Of a DNA stretch of 54,679 nucleotides, positions 19,409 to 29,420 are shown in pieces (position 1 is the stretch's first letter; the number at the start of each line of letters is the position of its first letter). The stretch covers positions 1 through 54,679 of the forward strand of contig CAZIOR010000002.1 in the NCBI GenBank assembly GCA_964540925.1, given 5' to 3'. The translations under genes and the position numbers were made by a program. A model generated the notes under the pieces. It had not been told where the DNA came from. It saw only the letters and a program-made list of their open reading frames with translations, and made no database searches. The stretch is from an uncultured Gammaproteobacteria bacterium. Lineage in GTDB: Bacteria > Patescibacteriota > Microgenomatia > Levybacterales > UBA12049.

Positions 19409-20358
19409 TTCCAAGCTGATTCAATTATATTTTTTAAATCAGAATATTTTGGAGAAAAGCCTAGTTCTTTGCCAATTTTAGAACAATCTGCAATTAGCTC
19501 ATTTGCATCCCCTGGCCTACGAGGATGTATTTCTACTGGGAAATCTTTTCCACTTACTTCTTTTACCATTGAAACAACTTCCTTATTTGAAAAGCCGTTA
19601 CCAGTGCCCACATTGTAATCAAAATAACCTTGATCTGTACTTAGCTTTTCCAGAGCGCGTAAATGCGCCTCAGCTAAATCTAAAACATGAACATAATCTC
19701 TAACACAGCTACCATCTTTAGTTTTATAATCATCTCCAAACAGTTTAAATGTTGAACCAGATATTGCTGCTTTCATAACATTAGGAATTAAATGCGTTTC
19801 TGGGTCATGATTTTCTCCCATAGAACCATCTAATGCAGCTCCTGCAGCATTAAAATATCTTAAAGCTACGCTACTGATGCCTCTTTGCTTTGAAAACCAA
19901 TACAAAAGCCTCTCTACCATCCATTTACTTTCTCCATATGGATTTTCTGGATTTTTTGGATGATCTTCTGGAATTGGAACAGTTTGTGGATTTCCATATA
20001 CCCCAGCGGTAGAAGAAAATATTATTTTTGTAACATTGTGTTTTAACATTGCTTCCAATAAATTCAAGGTAACAAATACATTGTTGTGGAAGTAAATCTC
20101 TGGTTTTTCCATAGACTCAGCCATAGAAATATATGCTGCAAAATGAATTACTGCATCAAAACTATGATCAGAAAAAGCTTTATCTAAAAATTCTTGATCT
20201 AAAATATTTCCTTGTAAAAATATCGCTCTCGAATCTAAATTTTCTGTATGACCTTTTTCTAGACTATCAATAACAACAACCTCAGATCCTTTATCTAAAA
20301 GGGCTTTTACCATAAAACTACCAATATATCCTGCTCCACCTGTTACAAGTATTTTCAT
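19381..20358 (-). CDS. galE: UDP-glucose 4-epimerase
   Basis: MKILVTGGAGYIGSFMVKALL, SSTAGVYG, YGESKWMVE (YxxxK), ALRYFNAAGA, VRDYVHVLDLAEAH are canonical GalE motifs. Confidence 0.9.
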   Translation of the reverse strand: MKILVTGGAGYIGSFMVKALLDKGSEVVVIDSLEKGHTENLDSRAIFLQGNILDQEFLDKAFSDHSFDAVIHFAAYISMAESMEKPEIYFHNNVFVTLNLLEAMLKHNVTKIIFSSTAGVYGNPQTVPIPEDHPKNPENPYGESKWMVERLLYWFSKQRGISSVALRYFNAAGAALDGSMGENHDPETHLIPNVMKAAISGSTFKLFGDDYKTKDGSCVRDYVHVLDLAEAHLRALEKLSTDQGYFDYNVGTGNGFSNKEVVSMVKEVSGKDFPVEIHPRRPGDANELIADCSKIGKELGFSPKYSDLKNIIESAWKWHSKQQNS

Positions 20359-22637
20359 ATCTTCTCTAGTATATATTTTTTAACATCAAAATTCGACTTT
20401 AAATTATGCTTATTTAACCACCCGATTAAATCGTCGTATGCATTTACCTGATTAATATTAATCCATACCCTATTTTTAGGATCTAAATCTGCTGGGTCAA
20501 CATTGCTTAAATTATTTAAACGTAAATAATCATTTTTAATATAATTTTTATCTAAAGAGCAATCTTTGCCCCAACAATTTAATCCAACCTTTACACCATC
20601 ACTCGACTGTCTACCATCAAAAGCCAATAACAAACTAAATCCCATACTCGTGTCATATTTTTTATATTTATAATCATATACTGAAAAATTTGAATTTGGA
20701 TATTTTGCGTATAATTGACCTTTAGCTTTCTCAAGAGTTGCTACGGGACTCGTCCAAGTTATGATATTTACTACATATACTAAATTACAAACTGTAATGA
20801 ATCCTATACCCAAGACCACTAACCATTTAATATATTTATTTTTCATTTCTAATAAAAATGAAAATACATTTGCTGTTAACAATAAAACTAATGGGACAAG
20901 GTACAATAAGTAACCCTCTGATCTTTCTCCGTGATAATATCTATTTATAAAAATAAAGATAAACAAGAGTATTCCTAAAGCAGCGAAAACGCCTGAAATT
21001 TTCCTTTTTAACAGTAAGTATAGGAACACCAAAACAGATAAAGTAGCTAAAATCATTCCAACCCAGAAATAATTTCCTACAATAAAACTCCAGAAAGTTG
21101 GCACAAATTGAGAAATAAATAACTTCCAGCTATTAGGCACAAATATTCGGTATTGCCCAATAAGGAAATAATCTAGAATATTTCTGATATTTGCAAAACT
21201 TTGCAATGAATCCCAATATAAAAGCGGTGACATAGGAATAATAAAACCAAGTATGGCTGAAATAAGAGCAATAATTCTTTTCTTAATTCCTACACTTAAT
21301 ACAAACAAAAGCGCAGGCAATAAAATTAATAAATTTATTGCTTGATAATGAAATGATAAAGCCATTCCTACCCAGAAACCTACCAACAAACCATGAATTA
21401 CTTTCTTTTTTTGCCAAAACAAAACAAAACTAATCAATGCAAGTGTTGAAAAAGTTGCGATAAAAGTATGCTGACCTAAAGATAATGATCTTACAACTAA
21501 TTGAGGAGAGGTCATTGCAAGTAACCCAACTATTAAAGAGAATTTATGCCCTTTAACTAAATTTCCTAAATAAAGTAATAAGCCAAGAGTTAAAATACTG
21601 ACCAACTCAAGCATTAACCATGGAGCATTTACTAAAAATGGGAGAATTAAATAAGAAAGCATGATAAAACAATAAAATAGTCCACCAAAAACAAAAGGAC
21701 CTGCGCTACTAAATGAGCCAACCAGGGGTATTTCGTGACGTCTTAATGCCTCTAAAGCAATCATTGCATCTCTTCCATCATCTCCACCAAGACCCCAACG
21801 ATTTGGAAAATTCCAAAACCTAATAACTGCTCCAACAATAATTATTAGTGCTGCAAAAAATTTATATGGACCTATGTATTTAATATAAGAAACTGGAAAT
21901 CTTAAGGCAGAAAACAAAGAAAACGTAAAACCTTGCCAACTATCTACAAATCCTTTGTGTCTAATAAATGTAGTTAATAACCAATGCGTTGGTCTAATGA
22001 ATAAATACATCAACATGTAAAAGAATTTTTGAAATAAATTTTTAGTTGCTTGCTCTTCCTTTATTTGATTTGCGTAGAAATTATTATAAAAATCCCATTT
22101 CTTCACATAATGCTTAAAGCTTGCATAGGGATAATGTAAGAGTGCAGTTTTTAAGTAACCTACTTCCCCATCTATTTCTGCTTGCTCATGAACATCTTTT
22201 TGCGGAAGCCTTCCCTTACCTGTTCTATACAACCTAATTGTATAGTCAGGATATTGGCCACCTTTCATTAAGAACCTACCTAAAAACCAATTTTTTCTAG
22301 GAATCCAATAGCCATTAAAATCTTTTGGGTTTTTTTCGAGTATTTCTTTAATTTCTGTTTTTAACTCTGAGCTGACGTGCTCATCTGCATCCATTTGTAA
22401 AATCCAGTCTTTTGTAGCCATATCAATTGCCATTTGTTTATTAATGTGGAAATTTGGCTTATTCGTAGTTACTTTTACTTTTGCCCCAAAACTCTTAGCA
22501 ATCTCTACTGTTTTATCTGAGGATGTTCCATCTACAATTATTATTTCATCAGCTATATCCTTAAGACTTTCTAAGCAAGAAGGTAAATTCTTTTCTTCAT
22601 TAAAGGTAGCAAGTACAACAGATAAAGTTTGTCGCAT
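20355..22637 (-). CDS. Fusion protein: N-terminal GT2 module plus C-terminal GT-C (PMT_2/ArnT-like) membrane domain
   Basis: Residues 1-255: LSVVLATFNEEKNL...EIIIVDGTSSDKT, QMDADEHV, GQYPDYTIRLYRTGKG. This is the same subtype as the stand-alone GT2s at 36993 and 38659, including the post-catalytic helices. Residues ~256-760: polytopic domain with GGDDGRDAMIALEALRRHEIPLVGSFSSAGPFVFGGLFY, like 24293..25573. It is one uninterrupted ORF. Confidence 0.8.
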   Translation of the reverse strand: MRQTLSVVLATFNEEKNLPSCLESLKDIADEIIIVDGTSSDKTVEIAKSFGAKVKVTTNKPNFHINKQMAIDMATKDWILQMDADEHVSSELKTEIKEILEKNPKDFNGYWIPRKNWFLGRFLMKGGQYPDYTIRLYRTGKGRLPQKDVHEQAEIDGEVGYLKTALLHYPYASFKHYVKKWDFYNNFYANQIKEEQATKNLFQKFFYMLMYLFIRPTHWLLTTFIRHKGFVDSWQGFTFSLFSALRFPVSYIKYIGPYKFFAALIIIVGAVIRFWNFPNRWGLGGDDGRDAMIALEALRRHEIPLVGSFSSAGPFVFGGLFYCFIMLSYLILPFLVNAPWLMLELVSILTLGLLLYLGNLVKGHKFSLIVGLLAMTSPQLVVRSLSLGQHTFIATFSTLALISFVLFWQKKKVIHGLLVGFWVGMALSFHYQAINLLILLPALLFVLSVGIKKRIIALISAILGFIIPMSPLLYWDSLQSFANIRNILDYFLIGQYRIFVPNSWKLFISQFVPTFWSFIVGNYFWVGMILATLSVLVFLYLLLKRKISGVFAALGILLFIFIFINRYYHGERSEGYLLYLVPLVLLLTANVFSFLLEMKNKYIKWLVVLGIGFITVCNLVYVVNIITWTSPVATLEKAKGQLYAKYPNSNFSVYDYKYKKYDTSMGFSLLLAFDGRQSSDGVKVGLNCWGKDCSLDKNYIKNDYLRLNNLSNVDPADLDPKNRVWININQVNAYDDLIGWLNKHNLKSNFDVKKYILEKI

Positions 22638-22643
22638 AAATTG

Positions 22644-22672
22644 ATAATACTAATTAATCTTTCTTTTTACAA
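22644..22672 (-). promoter_or_regulatory. Candidate promoter TTGTAA-17-TATTAT, 6 nt before the ATG at 22637
   Basis: The minus strand reads TTGTAA (22672-22667), a 17-nt spacer, TATTAT (22649-22644), CAATTT, then ATG. The -35 lies inside the 3' end of the upstream gene. Confidence 0.4.
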
Positions 22673-24290
22673 ATAGATTAATGCTAAAAATTAGAATTAA
22701 TACTCCAATTGCCAATACAGAAAGAGTATCAGAAATAAGTCTTAGTTTTGTTTCTCCAAAAACAACTTTAACCACATATTCACCCCTAGGCAAATTAAAA
22801 AGCATAATTCCCCTATATTCTGGATTTTGAAACTGCACGTCCACAGCTTGTCCATTTGCATAAATTTTCCAGCCTGGAAAAAATAAAGTATTCTCGAGTA
22901 ACTGAGCATCTTCTGAAACTGTAACTTTATACTCATGCAAATTTGCTTTACGCTGTAATTCTTTTATACTTGCGCTTCCCGAAACAACTTCTATATGTGC
23001 CTTGGGTCTCTTTTCCATAAACCTAACAGACCAAATTGGAGCACTTTCTCCAGTATCAGTAGTGCTGTTATAAATTCCTGTATAAAAATCTGCATTTTTA
23101 TATTGATATCCTTTGGGTATGAAATATTGGATACTTACCACTAATACGACTGCAACAACAATTGCGGTAATTAATTTAATATTAATTTTTTTAGCTAAAA
23201 TTTCTACTACATAAACTGATAAAACTGCGGTTGTAAAAACAATTAATGCTAAAAATCTCCATGGAAATTGAAAGTTTTGTAGGAGAATTATTTTGTCCCA
23301 AATAAAATTAGAATAAGGAAGCATAATAAAAATCGAGAGCAGCGTAAAGATAATTAAAAGTAGAATCAAAATAAACTTAACCCTATCTTTTCTAAAGATA
23401 TATGCAGCAATAAATGATGCTAACAGTGCTACCCACTGAACTACACCTAGCTGAACTGTAAACGCTCCAGATCCACCAAAACTCCATGGACCATAAATTA
23501 ACTTAGGTATATTTACAAAATTATTAACATACCCACCTTTAGTTACGATATTTCTTAACGTAAACTTTCCTTCTAGAAGAGCAGGAATCCAGAAAAATGC
23601 AGAAAGCATAAAACCCAAAGAAAAACTTATTAGAAATTTAATTAAATAATCCTTTTTATTTTTTATATCAAAACTTAAAATCAAACCATATAAAAATATA
23701 AAAGGAATACTTATTAAGCTAATTGCATTGTGGGCCAAAATCAAAAATGCGAGAGAAACAGCAATAAAAATAAAATTATTAACCGTCTGTTTTTTTGAAA
23801 ATTTATAAATAAAGAATAAAGTAAGTGGAATAAATGCAAAAGCTAAATTTTCTCCTATATCTCCCCTAACATATAGCTCAACAAACCTGTATGGCGCATA
23901 GGTAAAGAGAAATGCTCCAATTAAAGAAGCATATTTTGAAGAAAATTGAGACAACCATAAATACATAAATACAAATGACAAAATCATTCCCATTCCTAAA
24001 ACTATCTTTACGGAATCAACTAAGGAAAAACCAACAAAATGAAATGCTGAAGCAATATATGAAGGTAGAGGATATAAAAACTGCAAGACTGGGTGCCCAT
24101 ATCCCCAATTTAAATTTTCAGCCCATCTTGGAATTATAACTCCATCTGATAACGCTGCATAGAAATTAGCTATTCTAGCAACATGATCCTGACCATCATG
24201 CGTAATCGGTAAACCTTGATGAAACAAAGAAATAACGGGAATTAGCATAAGAATTATAAATAATATTGTAAAAATCTTTTTAGTTAACAT
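22650..24290 (-). CDS. PTPS-related-type polytopic membrane protein (GT-C-like)
   Basis: HDGQDHVARIANFYAALSDGVIIPRWAENLNWGYGHPVLQFLYPLPSY matches what I remember of the membrane-protein family annotated as 6-pyruvoyl-tetrahydropterin-synthase-related. C-terminal LFFPGWKIYANGQAV plus a terminal TM helix. Confidence 0.6.
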   Translation of the reverse strand: MLTKKIFTILFIILMLIPVISLFHQGLPITHDGQDHVARIANFYAALSDGVIIPRWAENLNWGYGHPVLQFLYPLPSYIASAFHFVGFSLVDSVKIVLGMGMILSFVFMYLWLSQFSSKYASLIGAFLFTYAPYRFVELYVRGDIGENLAFAFIPLTLFFIYKFSKKQTVNNFIFIAVSLAFLILAHNAISLISIPFIFLYGLILSFDIKNKKDYLIKFLISFSLGFMLSAFFWIPALLEGKFTLRNIVTKGGYVNNFVNIPKLIYGPWSFGGSGAFTVQLGVVQWVALLASFIAAYIFRKDRVKFILILLLIIFTLLSIFIMLPYSNFIWDKIILLQNFQFPWRFLALIVFTTAVLSVYVVEILAKKINIKLITAIVVAVVLVVSIQYFIPKGYQYKNADFYTGIYNSTTDTGESAPIWSVRFMEKRPKAHIEVVSGSASIKELQRKANLHEYKVTVSEDAQLLENTLFFPGWKIYANGQAVDVQFQNPEYRGIMLFNLPRGEYVVKVVFGETKLRLISDTLSVLAIGVLILIFSINLFVKRKIN

Positions 24291-24292
24291 AT

Positions 24293-25573
24293 TTAATTGT
24301 TCCTCTTTGCCTTTTCAATTTCTTCATTTTTCTTTGTTAAATAATAAAAGATGTATACTTCTGAAACCCCTTGCTGCCATTCCATAGTTCTTTTTTCCAT
24401 AATTGCTTTTTCCGCTGTGGGAGTTAAAAACTTTAATGCATTAAGTTCTTTGTAATTAACATAATTGGTAATATTGGTGTAAGCAATTATTAATAGAGAT
24501 AAAATAATTAATATTTTGATTAAAATATTCTTAAAACTAAAAACAAAATCTAAAACGTAAGCTATCATGATTAAGGCAATAAAACGATTAATAGAGTAGT
24601 AATAGTCCGTTAATTCACCATTGTAGGTAGTAAAAACAAACCAAGGAACCATAAACCATAATAAAATTAAATAACAAAATATTATTTCATTTCTTGATCT
24701 TGATTTAAAAAACCGTATTGCAAAAAAAGCAGGAAATATTAAAAATCTAAGAAAAAATAATTTATCCCAAGCAAGGTATGGCTTAAATTCAATTAATGCA
24801 TCTCCCGCTAGTTGCATTAATCTTCGCAAATGAAATCCATGATAACTTTGACTTAAATATCCAAATGAATTTCCTGATTTTTGCTGTAATTGATAAACAA
24901 TATTAGGAATTAGCCAAATTATAAAAAATGGTAAAGAAAGTAATCCATACTTTACCATTTCTTTTGTTCTAGGAAAAAATGGTAAAGATAACAAAATTAT
25001 TATTGGAAAAAAAATGGCTGTAAAATGAATATTAAAAGCTAACCCAACAATAAATGCCAAAGGAATAACTTTTTTAACATCTCCTTGCAATAACCTATAA
25101 AGACAATAAAAGATTAAAAGTGAAATTGAAGGAATAAAAGCAACGGGCCACTGAACCCTATCAAAAAATATTGCCGCGGTAGTAAATGTATTTATAAATA
25201 TCGCAAATAGTGCGACCCTTTCTGAGAATAATTTTTTTGCAATAAAATATATAACCCAAAATGTAAATATACTTGTGACACCAGCTATTATTGGGGATGC
25301 AATTGGATTGAGATTAGTTAAGAAATAAAATAAAGCAACAAAGTAATAATAAGCAGGGCCAATAAATATTCCAGTATTTGCCTTTGCAACCATACCAACT
25401 AATGGGTATTTATGGTCAACTAACATGGTCTTCGCTGCCCAGGCATTATCAACCTGATCATATCCAAATCCATTTTTAATATCTAGCTGGTAAAAACGCA
25501 GAAATAGTTCAAATAAAAATATTAAAATTACAAAAAGTAAGTATTTATTTTTAAATAAATTCTTTAATTTCAT
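24293..25573 (-). CDS. GT-C glycosyltransferase, PMT_2/ArnT-like
   Basis: 426 aa, polytopic. The first loop FGYDQVDNAWAAKTMLVDHKYPLVGMVAKANTGIFIGPAYYYF is the same subtype as the C-terminal domain of 20355..22637. Confidence 0.6.
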   Translation of the reverse strand: MKLKNLFKNKYLLFVILIFLFELFLRFYQLDIKNGFGYDQVDNAWAAKTMLVDHKYPLVGMVAKANTGIFIGPAYYYFVALFYFLTNLNPIASPIIAGVTSIFTFWVIYFIAKKLFSERVALFAIFINTFTTAAIFFDRVQWPVAFIPSISLLIFYCLYRLLQGDVKKVIPLAFIVGLAFNIHFTAIFFPIIILLSLPFFPRTKEMVKYGLLSLPFFIIWLIPNIVYQLQQKSGNSFGYLSQSYHGFHLRRLMQLAGDALIEFKPYLAWDKLFFLRFLIFPAFFAIRFFKSRSRNEIIFCYLILLWFMVPWFVFTTYNGELTDYYYSINRFIALIMIAYVLDFVFSFKNILIKILIILSLLIIAYTNITNYVNYKELNALKFLTPTAEKAIMEKRTMEWQQGVSEVYIFYYLTKKNEEIEKAKRNN

Positions 25574-27219
25574 TTTTCAACAATTACAATTGCTGGACTT
25601 CCGTTTAAATTCTTTATTACTTTAGTCGCAAATTTTGGAGCAATTTCTTGAGCCGTGGCAACGATCATCGTATCTCGTAATTTATAATCCTTTTCCCAAT
25701 CAATATTTCTAAAAATAAATTTATCAAATTTATGATGATAATCAAATTGTCCACTACTATTAATTCCAACTTTTTGATATTCAGCTGGTGGATACTTTAA
25801 GTAAAATAAAAAGAACATATATGATTTATCCATTGGTTCCCTATCGGAAATAATAATTTTGTCATATTTATCATATTTACTTACAACTTCAGCTACGGCT
25901 TGCTTGTATCCATACTGCCAATCTTGACTTGTGTAGTAATTTAACTGAACGAAATATTGATTGAGATAATAAACAACATTAAATGTAGAAAGTAAAAGAA
26001 AAACAGAAATGGCAAAATACTTTATTCTTTTATATTGCAAAATAAAATACAAACTACTTATAAGTCCAACAGCTGACAATATTTGCCAAGTTGGTAAAAA
26101 ATTTAATGTTCTAACAGCATGCGGCACGCCAGTTGTTATTGACGCCGGAACGGGTGCAAGCAAAAACCATCCTAAAATAGTTAATTTGGCTTTCCTATCG
26201 ATATCTGAATATAACAATTTATAGATACCAATTAAAATAAATGGTAATTCAAATAAATATATAATTCCAACATTTGGAGCATGGTGTCTTAAAATATCAC
26301 CTGAGGTAAACAGCCAATTAAGATCAAAATGAGAGATGTATCCATAAACGATTGTTTTAGCATATACAACTCTTCTATTGTCCAAAACTAATCCCAGATA
26401 ATCTTTATTTGCCTTATCTCTTTCGAGTTTTTGAATATTATTTTTAAGAATCTCTGTTTGATAGTTAAAAATGCTGGTTCCTTTAACTCTAAGAAGCGCT
26501 GATTTATCAGTTAAGATATAAAATATCATTGGCGAAATAACAATTAAACCAACAATAACTGCTAACACAAGGTACTTCTTTTTTAATGCAAACAAAGCTT
26601 TGCGGAAAACAAAAACCAACAATAATGCAAGTAATGGTGTAAAAACCTTGTCGCTTTGGTATGTATAAATACTAAATGCACCCATTGCTGCAGACAAGCC
26701 TAATAATAATGGTTTTTTTAAACCTTTTACAAAAAATAGAGCCATTAAAATATTAAATGCATCACCTACATTAGACTCAAAACCAATTCTCGAAAATTGT
26801 AATGACCAAGGCGAAATTGCAAATAAGAATGACGAGATTAAGGCGAGCTGATCTTTATATTTGTATTTCTCAAATATTTCTCTTATTAAGAAAAATAAAG
26901 CAATTGTCGCAATAACGCCAAAAACCGCAGACGGAAGCCTAACTGCAAAAGTATTTAAACCAAATATGGCAACGCTTGGAATAGCTAAGTATGCATACAT
27001 TGCAGGCTTGTAATCATTAAATGATCTTAAAACTACTGGTAGGAATTTTCCATACTCATCTCGTCCAGTATGTAAAATTGAATATGCATCGTAACCTAAA
27101 GCCACCTCGTCCCAATCAGGAGATGGAGGGGTATTTCCAAGTTGCCATAATCTAAGAACTACTGACAAAATAATTATGCCAATAAAAAGTATTCCAATAA
27201 TTTTTTTATTTATATTCAT
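25570..27219 (-). CDS. GT39/ArnT-like GT-C glycosyltransferase (paralog family A)
   Basis: PPSPDWDEVALGYDAYSILHTGRDEYGKFLPVVLRSFNDYKPAMYAYL, RLPSAVFG, VPHAVRT. The track start at 27225 is a TTG; I use the ATG at 27219. Confidence 0.75.
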   Translation of the reverse strand: MNINKKIIGILFIGIIILSVVLRLWQLGNTPPSPDWDEVALGYDAYSILHTGRDEYGKFLPVVLRSFNDYKPAMYAYLAIPSVAIFGLNTFAVRLPSAVFGVIATIALFFLIREIFEKYKYKDQLALISSFLFAISPWSLQFSRIGFESNVGDAFNILMALFFVKGLKKPLLLGLSAAMGAFSIYTYQSDKVFTPLLALLLVFVFRKALFALKKKYLVLAVIVGLIVISPMIFYILTDKSALLRVKGTSIFNYQTEILKNNIQKLERDKANKDYLGLVLDNRRVVYAKTIVYGYISHFDLNWLFTSGDILRHHAPNVGIIYLFELPFILIGIYKLLYSDIDRKAKLTILGWFLLAPVPASITTGVPHAVRTLNFLPTWQILSAVGLISSLYFILQYKRIKYFAISVFLLLSTFNVVYYLNQYFVQLNYYTSQDWQYGYKQAVAEVVSKYDKYDKIIISDREPMDKSYMFFLFYLKYPPAEYQKVGINSSGQFDYHHKFDKFIFRNIDWEKDYKLRDTMIVATAQEIAPKFATKVIKNLNGSPAIVIVEK

Positions 27220-28837
27220 AAGCAACTAATACTGTTTTACCATTTAACAAAGTGAATGTCTTTTTAATAATAATGTTTTCAGGCAATGTATATGGTGTAT
27301 TTATATATAAAACATTTTTTTTACTAGACAAACTGTAATCAAATTTACCAGGAAAAAGATATTTACCAACTCTTTGTACTGTAACAAAGCCAAACGGGTC
27401 ACGCTCTACATCAGAATTTTTTCTGAAGTATTCTGGCGAAATCTTGTTATAAAACAAGTGATAAGCATAAGGCCTACCAAGCGCAGTGGTCATGACTATA
27501 TTGTCATAATTTCCCTCAACAGATTTTGCATACGCAAGCGACTCTTTGTACCCATATTGCCATTCTCCTGAGTAATCAATTGCATAATGCTTATCTAGAG
27601 AATGATAGAAATAAATAAAGTTACCAAGTAAAAGAACCAATAACCCAGTCATAATTAAATTTTGTCTTTTCTTAAATTGATTAAGAAAATTGACAAAACC
27701 ATAAGCAACAAGAATTTGAAAAGTTGGAAGAGTAGTTTCAATTCTTAAAGCATGGGGAGTTTCTCTGGCCAGTCCTGCTGGCACTATTCCAAATAGAAGC
27801 CAAGCAGGGATAAGCCACCAGGCTCCTTCTCTCTTCTTAAACAGTAAAAATGCACCACCCACAAAAAATACAATATCCCAAATATACATTTGTCCTACAT
27901 CTTGAATAGAAAACTTTGGATTACCATCACCTCTAATAAATAAGAAATTCGGTGATAAATTATCAAAATAATGTTTGAAAAATTCTAAAGTATACAAAAC
28001 CCTTCTGTTATGAATTATTTTAGACCAAGCTGCGTTATTATCATTTGCCACTTGTTGGTTTGCTGAGGATATGACTGTTGAATCAGAAAAAATATTTACC
28101 TCTTTATACCTAAGTCCTGCTTGAGGAGAAAGTAAAAATGGAAATAACGGTAAAAATACTATTAAACCTAAAATTAAAGCAAAAAACGTTTGAGTTTTAA
28201 TTTGAATAAGTTTTTTCCAATAAAAAAGACTCAAAATAATTACTAAAAATGGCGAAACGATTCTTGCCGTGTTAAAAACATACATCGAAGCTGCAAAAAA
28301 GAAAGCAGAAATAAGTAAATACCACTTTCTATTCCCTACACCCGCTAAAAATGCCCAAACTCCAGTTATTATAAAAAAAGTCGCAACGTTAGCTTCAAAT
28401 GCTGCTCGAGAAAGCATAATATGCCAAGGAGAAATTGCTAAAAATAGACTTGTAAATAATGCATATTTTTCTTTATTTTCTGAGTTCTCAAATAATCTTT
28501 TAACTAAAAAATAAGCTATCAAAACAGTCAAAACACCAAACATGGCAGAAGGAAATCTAGTAGCAAATTCTGTTAACCCAAAAATTTTTACGGGGATAAT
28601 AGCTAAGTATGCATAAAGTGGTGGTTTAAAATCTCCAAATGATTCAAGGAAATTAAATGGTAAAAATCTACCAAACTCATCCTTACCATCTATACCCAAT
28701 GAGTATGCGTTATATCCCCAGGCTGTCTCATCCCAAGTGAGACTCGGTGGATTAGTTGAAATCTGGTTAAATCTTAAAAAAGCAGCAATAAGTAGGATTA
28801 GAAGAAGTAAAATAATGTTTTTATATTTTCTGATCAT
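27206..28837 (-). CDS. GT39/ArnT-like GT-C glycosyltransferase (paralog family A)
   Basis: PPSLTWDETAWGYNAYSLGIDGKDEFGRFLPFNFLESFGDFKPPLYAYL, RFPSAMFG, TPHALRI. The track start at 28855 is a GTG; the ATG at 28837 forms an ATGA overlap with the upstream methyltransferase stop. Confidence 0.75.
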   Translation of the reverse strand: MIRKYKNIILLLLILLIAAFLRFNQISTNPPSLTWDETAWGYNAYSLGIDGKDEFGRFLPFNFLESFGDFKPPLYAYLAIIPVKIFGLTEFATRFPSAMFGVLTVLIAYFLVKRLFENSENKEKYALFTSLFLAISPWHIMLSRAAFEANVATFFIITGVWAFLAGVGNRKWYLLISAFFFAASMYVFNTARIVSPFLVIILSLFYWKKLIQIKTQTFFALILGLIVFLPLFPFLLSPQAGLRYKEVNIFSDSTVISSANQQVANDNNAAWSKIIHNRRVLYTLEFFKHYFDNLSPNFLFIRGDGNPKFSIQDVGQMYIWDIVFFVGGAFLLFKKREGAWWLIPAWLLFGIVPAGLARETPHALRIETTLPTFQILVAYGFVNFLNQFKKRQNLIMTGLLVLLLGNFIYFYHSLDKHYAIDYSGEWQYGYKESLAYAKSVEGNYDNIVMTTALGRPYAYHLFYNKISPEYFRKNSDVERDPFGFVTVQRVGKYLFPGKFDYSLSSKKNVLYINTPYTLPENIIIKKTFTLLNGKTVLVAYEYK

Positions 28838-29418
28838 TTTTCTACAACAAACCACATATTTAAATAAGCTTCAAAATAACCTCTTTTAATTTTGCCTCTA
28901 TTAAAGTTACTACTTTCAATTATATCTAATATTTTACTCTGATTGTAATGGCTTTTATGATCATGTATTTCCTCTGAGCTAATAAGCCCGAAACGTGCCA
29001 TATGATGTAAAAGCTTATCTGACCAAGGCGAAGGAGTTGTAATAATTAGTTTTCCTTTTGGCTTTAAAACTCTATTTATTTCTTTTAAAGCAAATATAAG
29101 CCTATCTTTCTCTATATGCTCAAAAACAGCCAGCATCGTAACCACTTCAAAAGAATTATTTTTAAAAGGAAGTTTTTCCTTTGCTATATCTATTTTTTGC
29201 AATTTAATACCCTTTATTTGAACATTAACAGCAGGGTCTATGCCAAATTTGTTTTTAAATTTTGTAGATACTAAAAAATGAGGATAAAAACCACAGCCAA
29301 TATCCAAAATGCTCCCCATTCTTGATGAATTTGAAATAAATTCATTAGCTTTTTGGGCTCTTTTTTCTGAAAGTAATTTTTCTAATAAACCTGCCCCGCG
29401 GGTGAAATTGGTAGTCAT
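28834..29418 (-). CDS. Class I SAM-dependent methyltransferase
   Basis: ILDIGCGFYPHFL (motif I), FEVVTMLAVFEHIEKDRLIFALKEINRVLKPKGKLIITTP. Confidence 0.8.
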   Translation of the reverse strand: MTTNFTRGAGLLEKLLSEKRAQKANEFISNSSRMGSILDIGCGFYPHFLVSTKFKNKFGIDPAVNVQIKGIKLQKIDIAKEKLPFKNNSFEVVTMLAVFEHIEKDRLIFALKEINRVLKPKGKLIITTPSPWSDKLLHHMARFGLISSEEIHDHKSHYNQSKILDIIESSNFNRGKIKRGYFEAYLNMWFVVEK

Positions 29419-29420
29419 AA

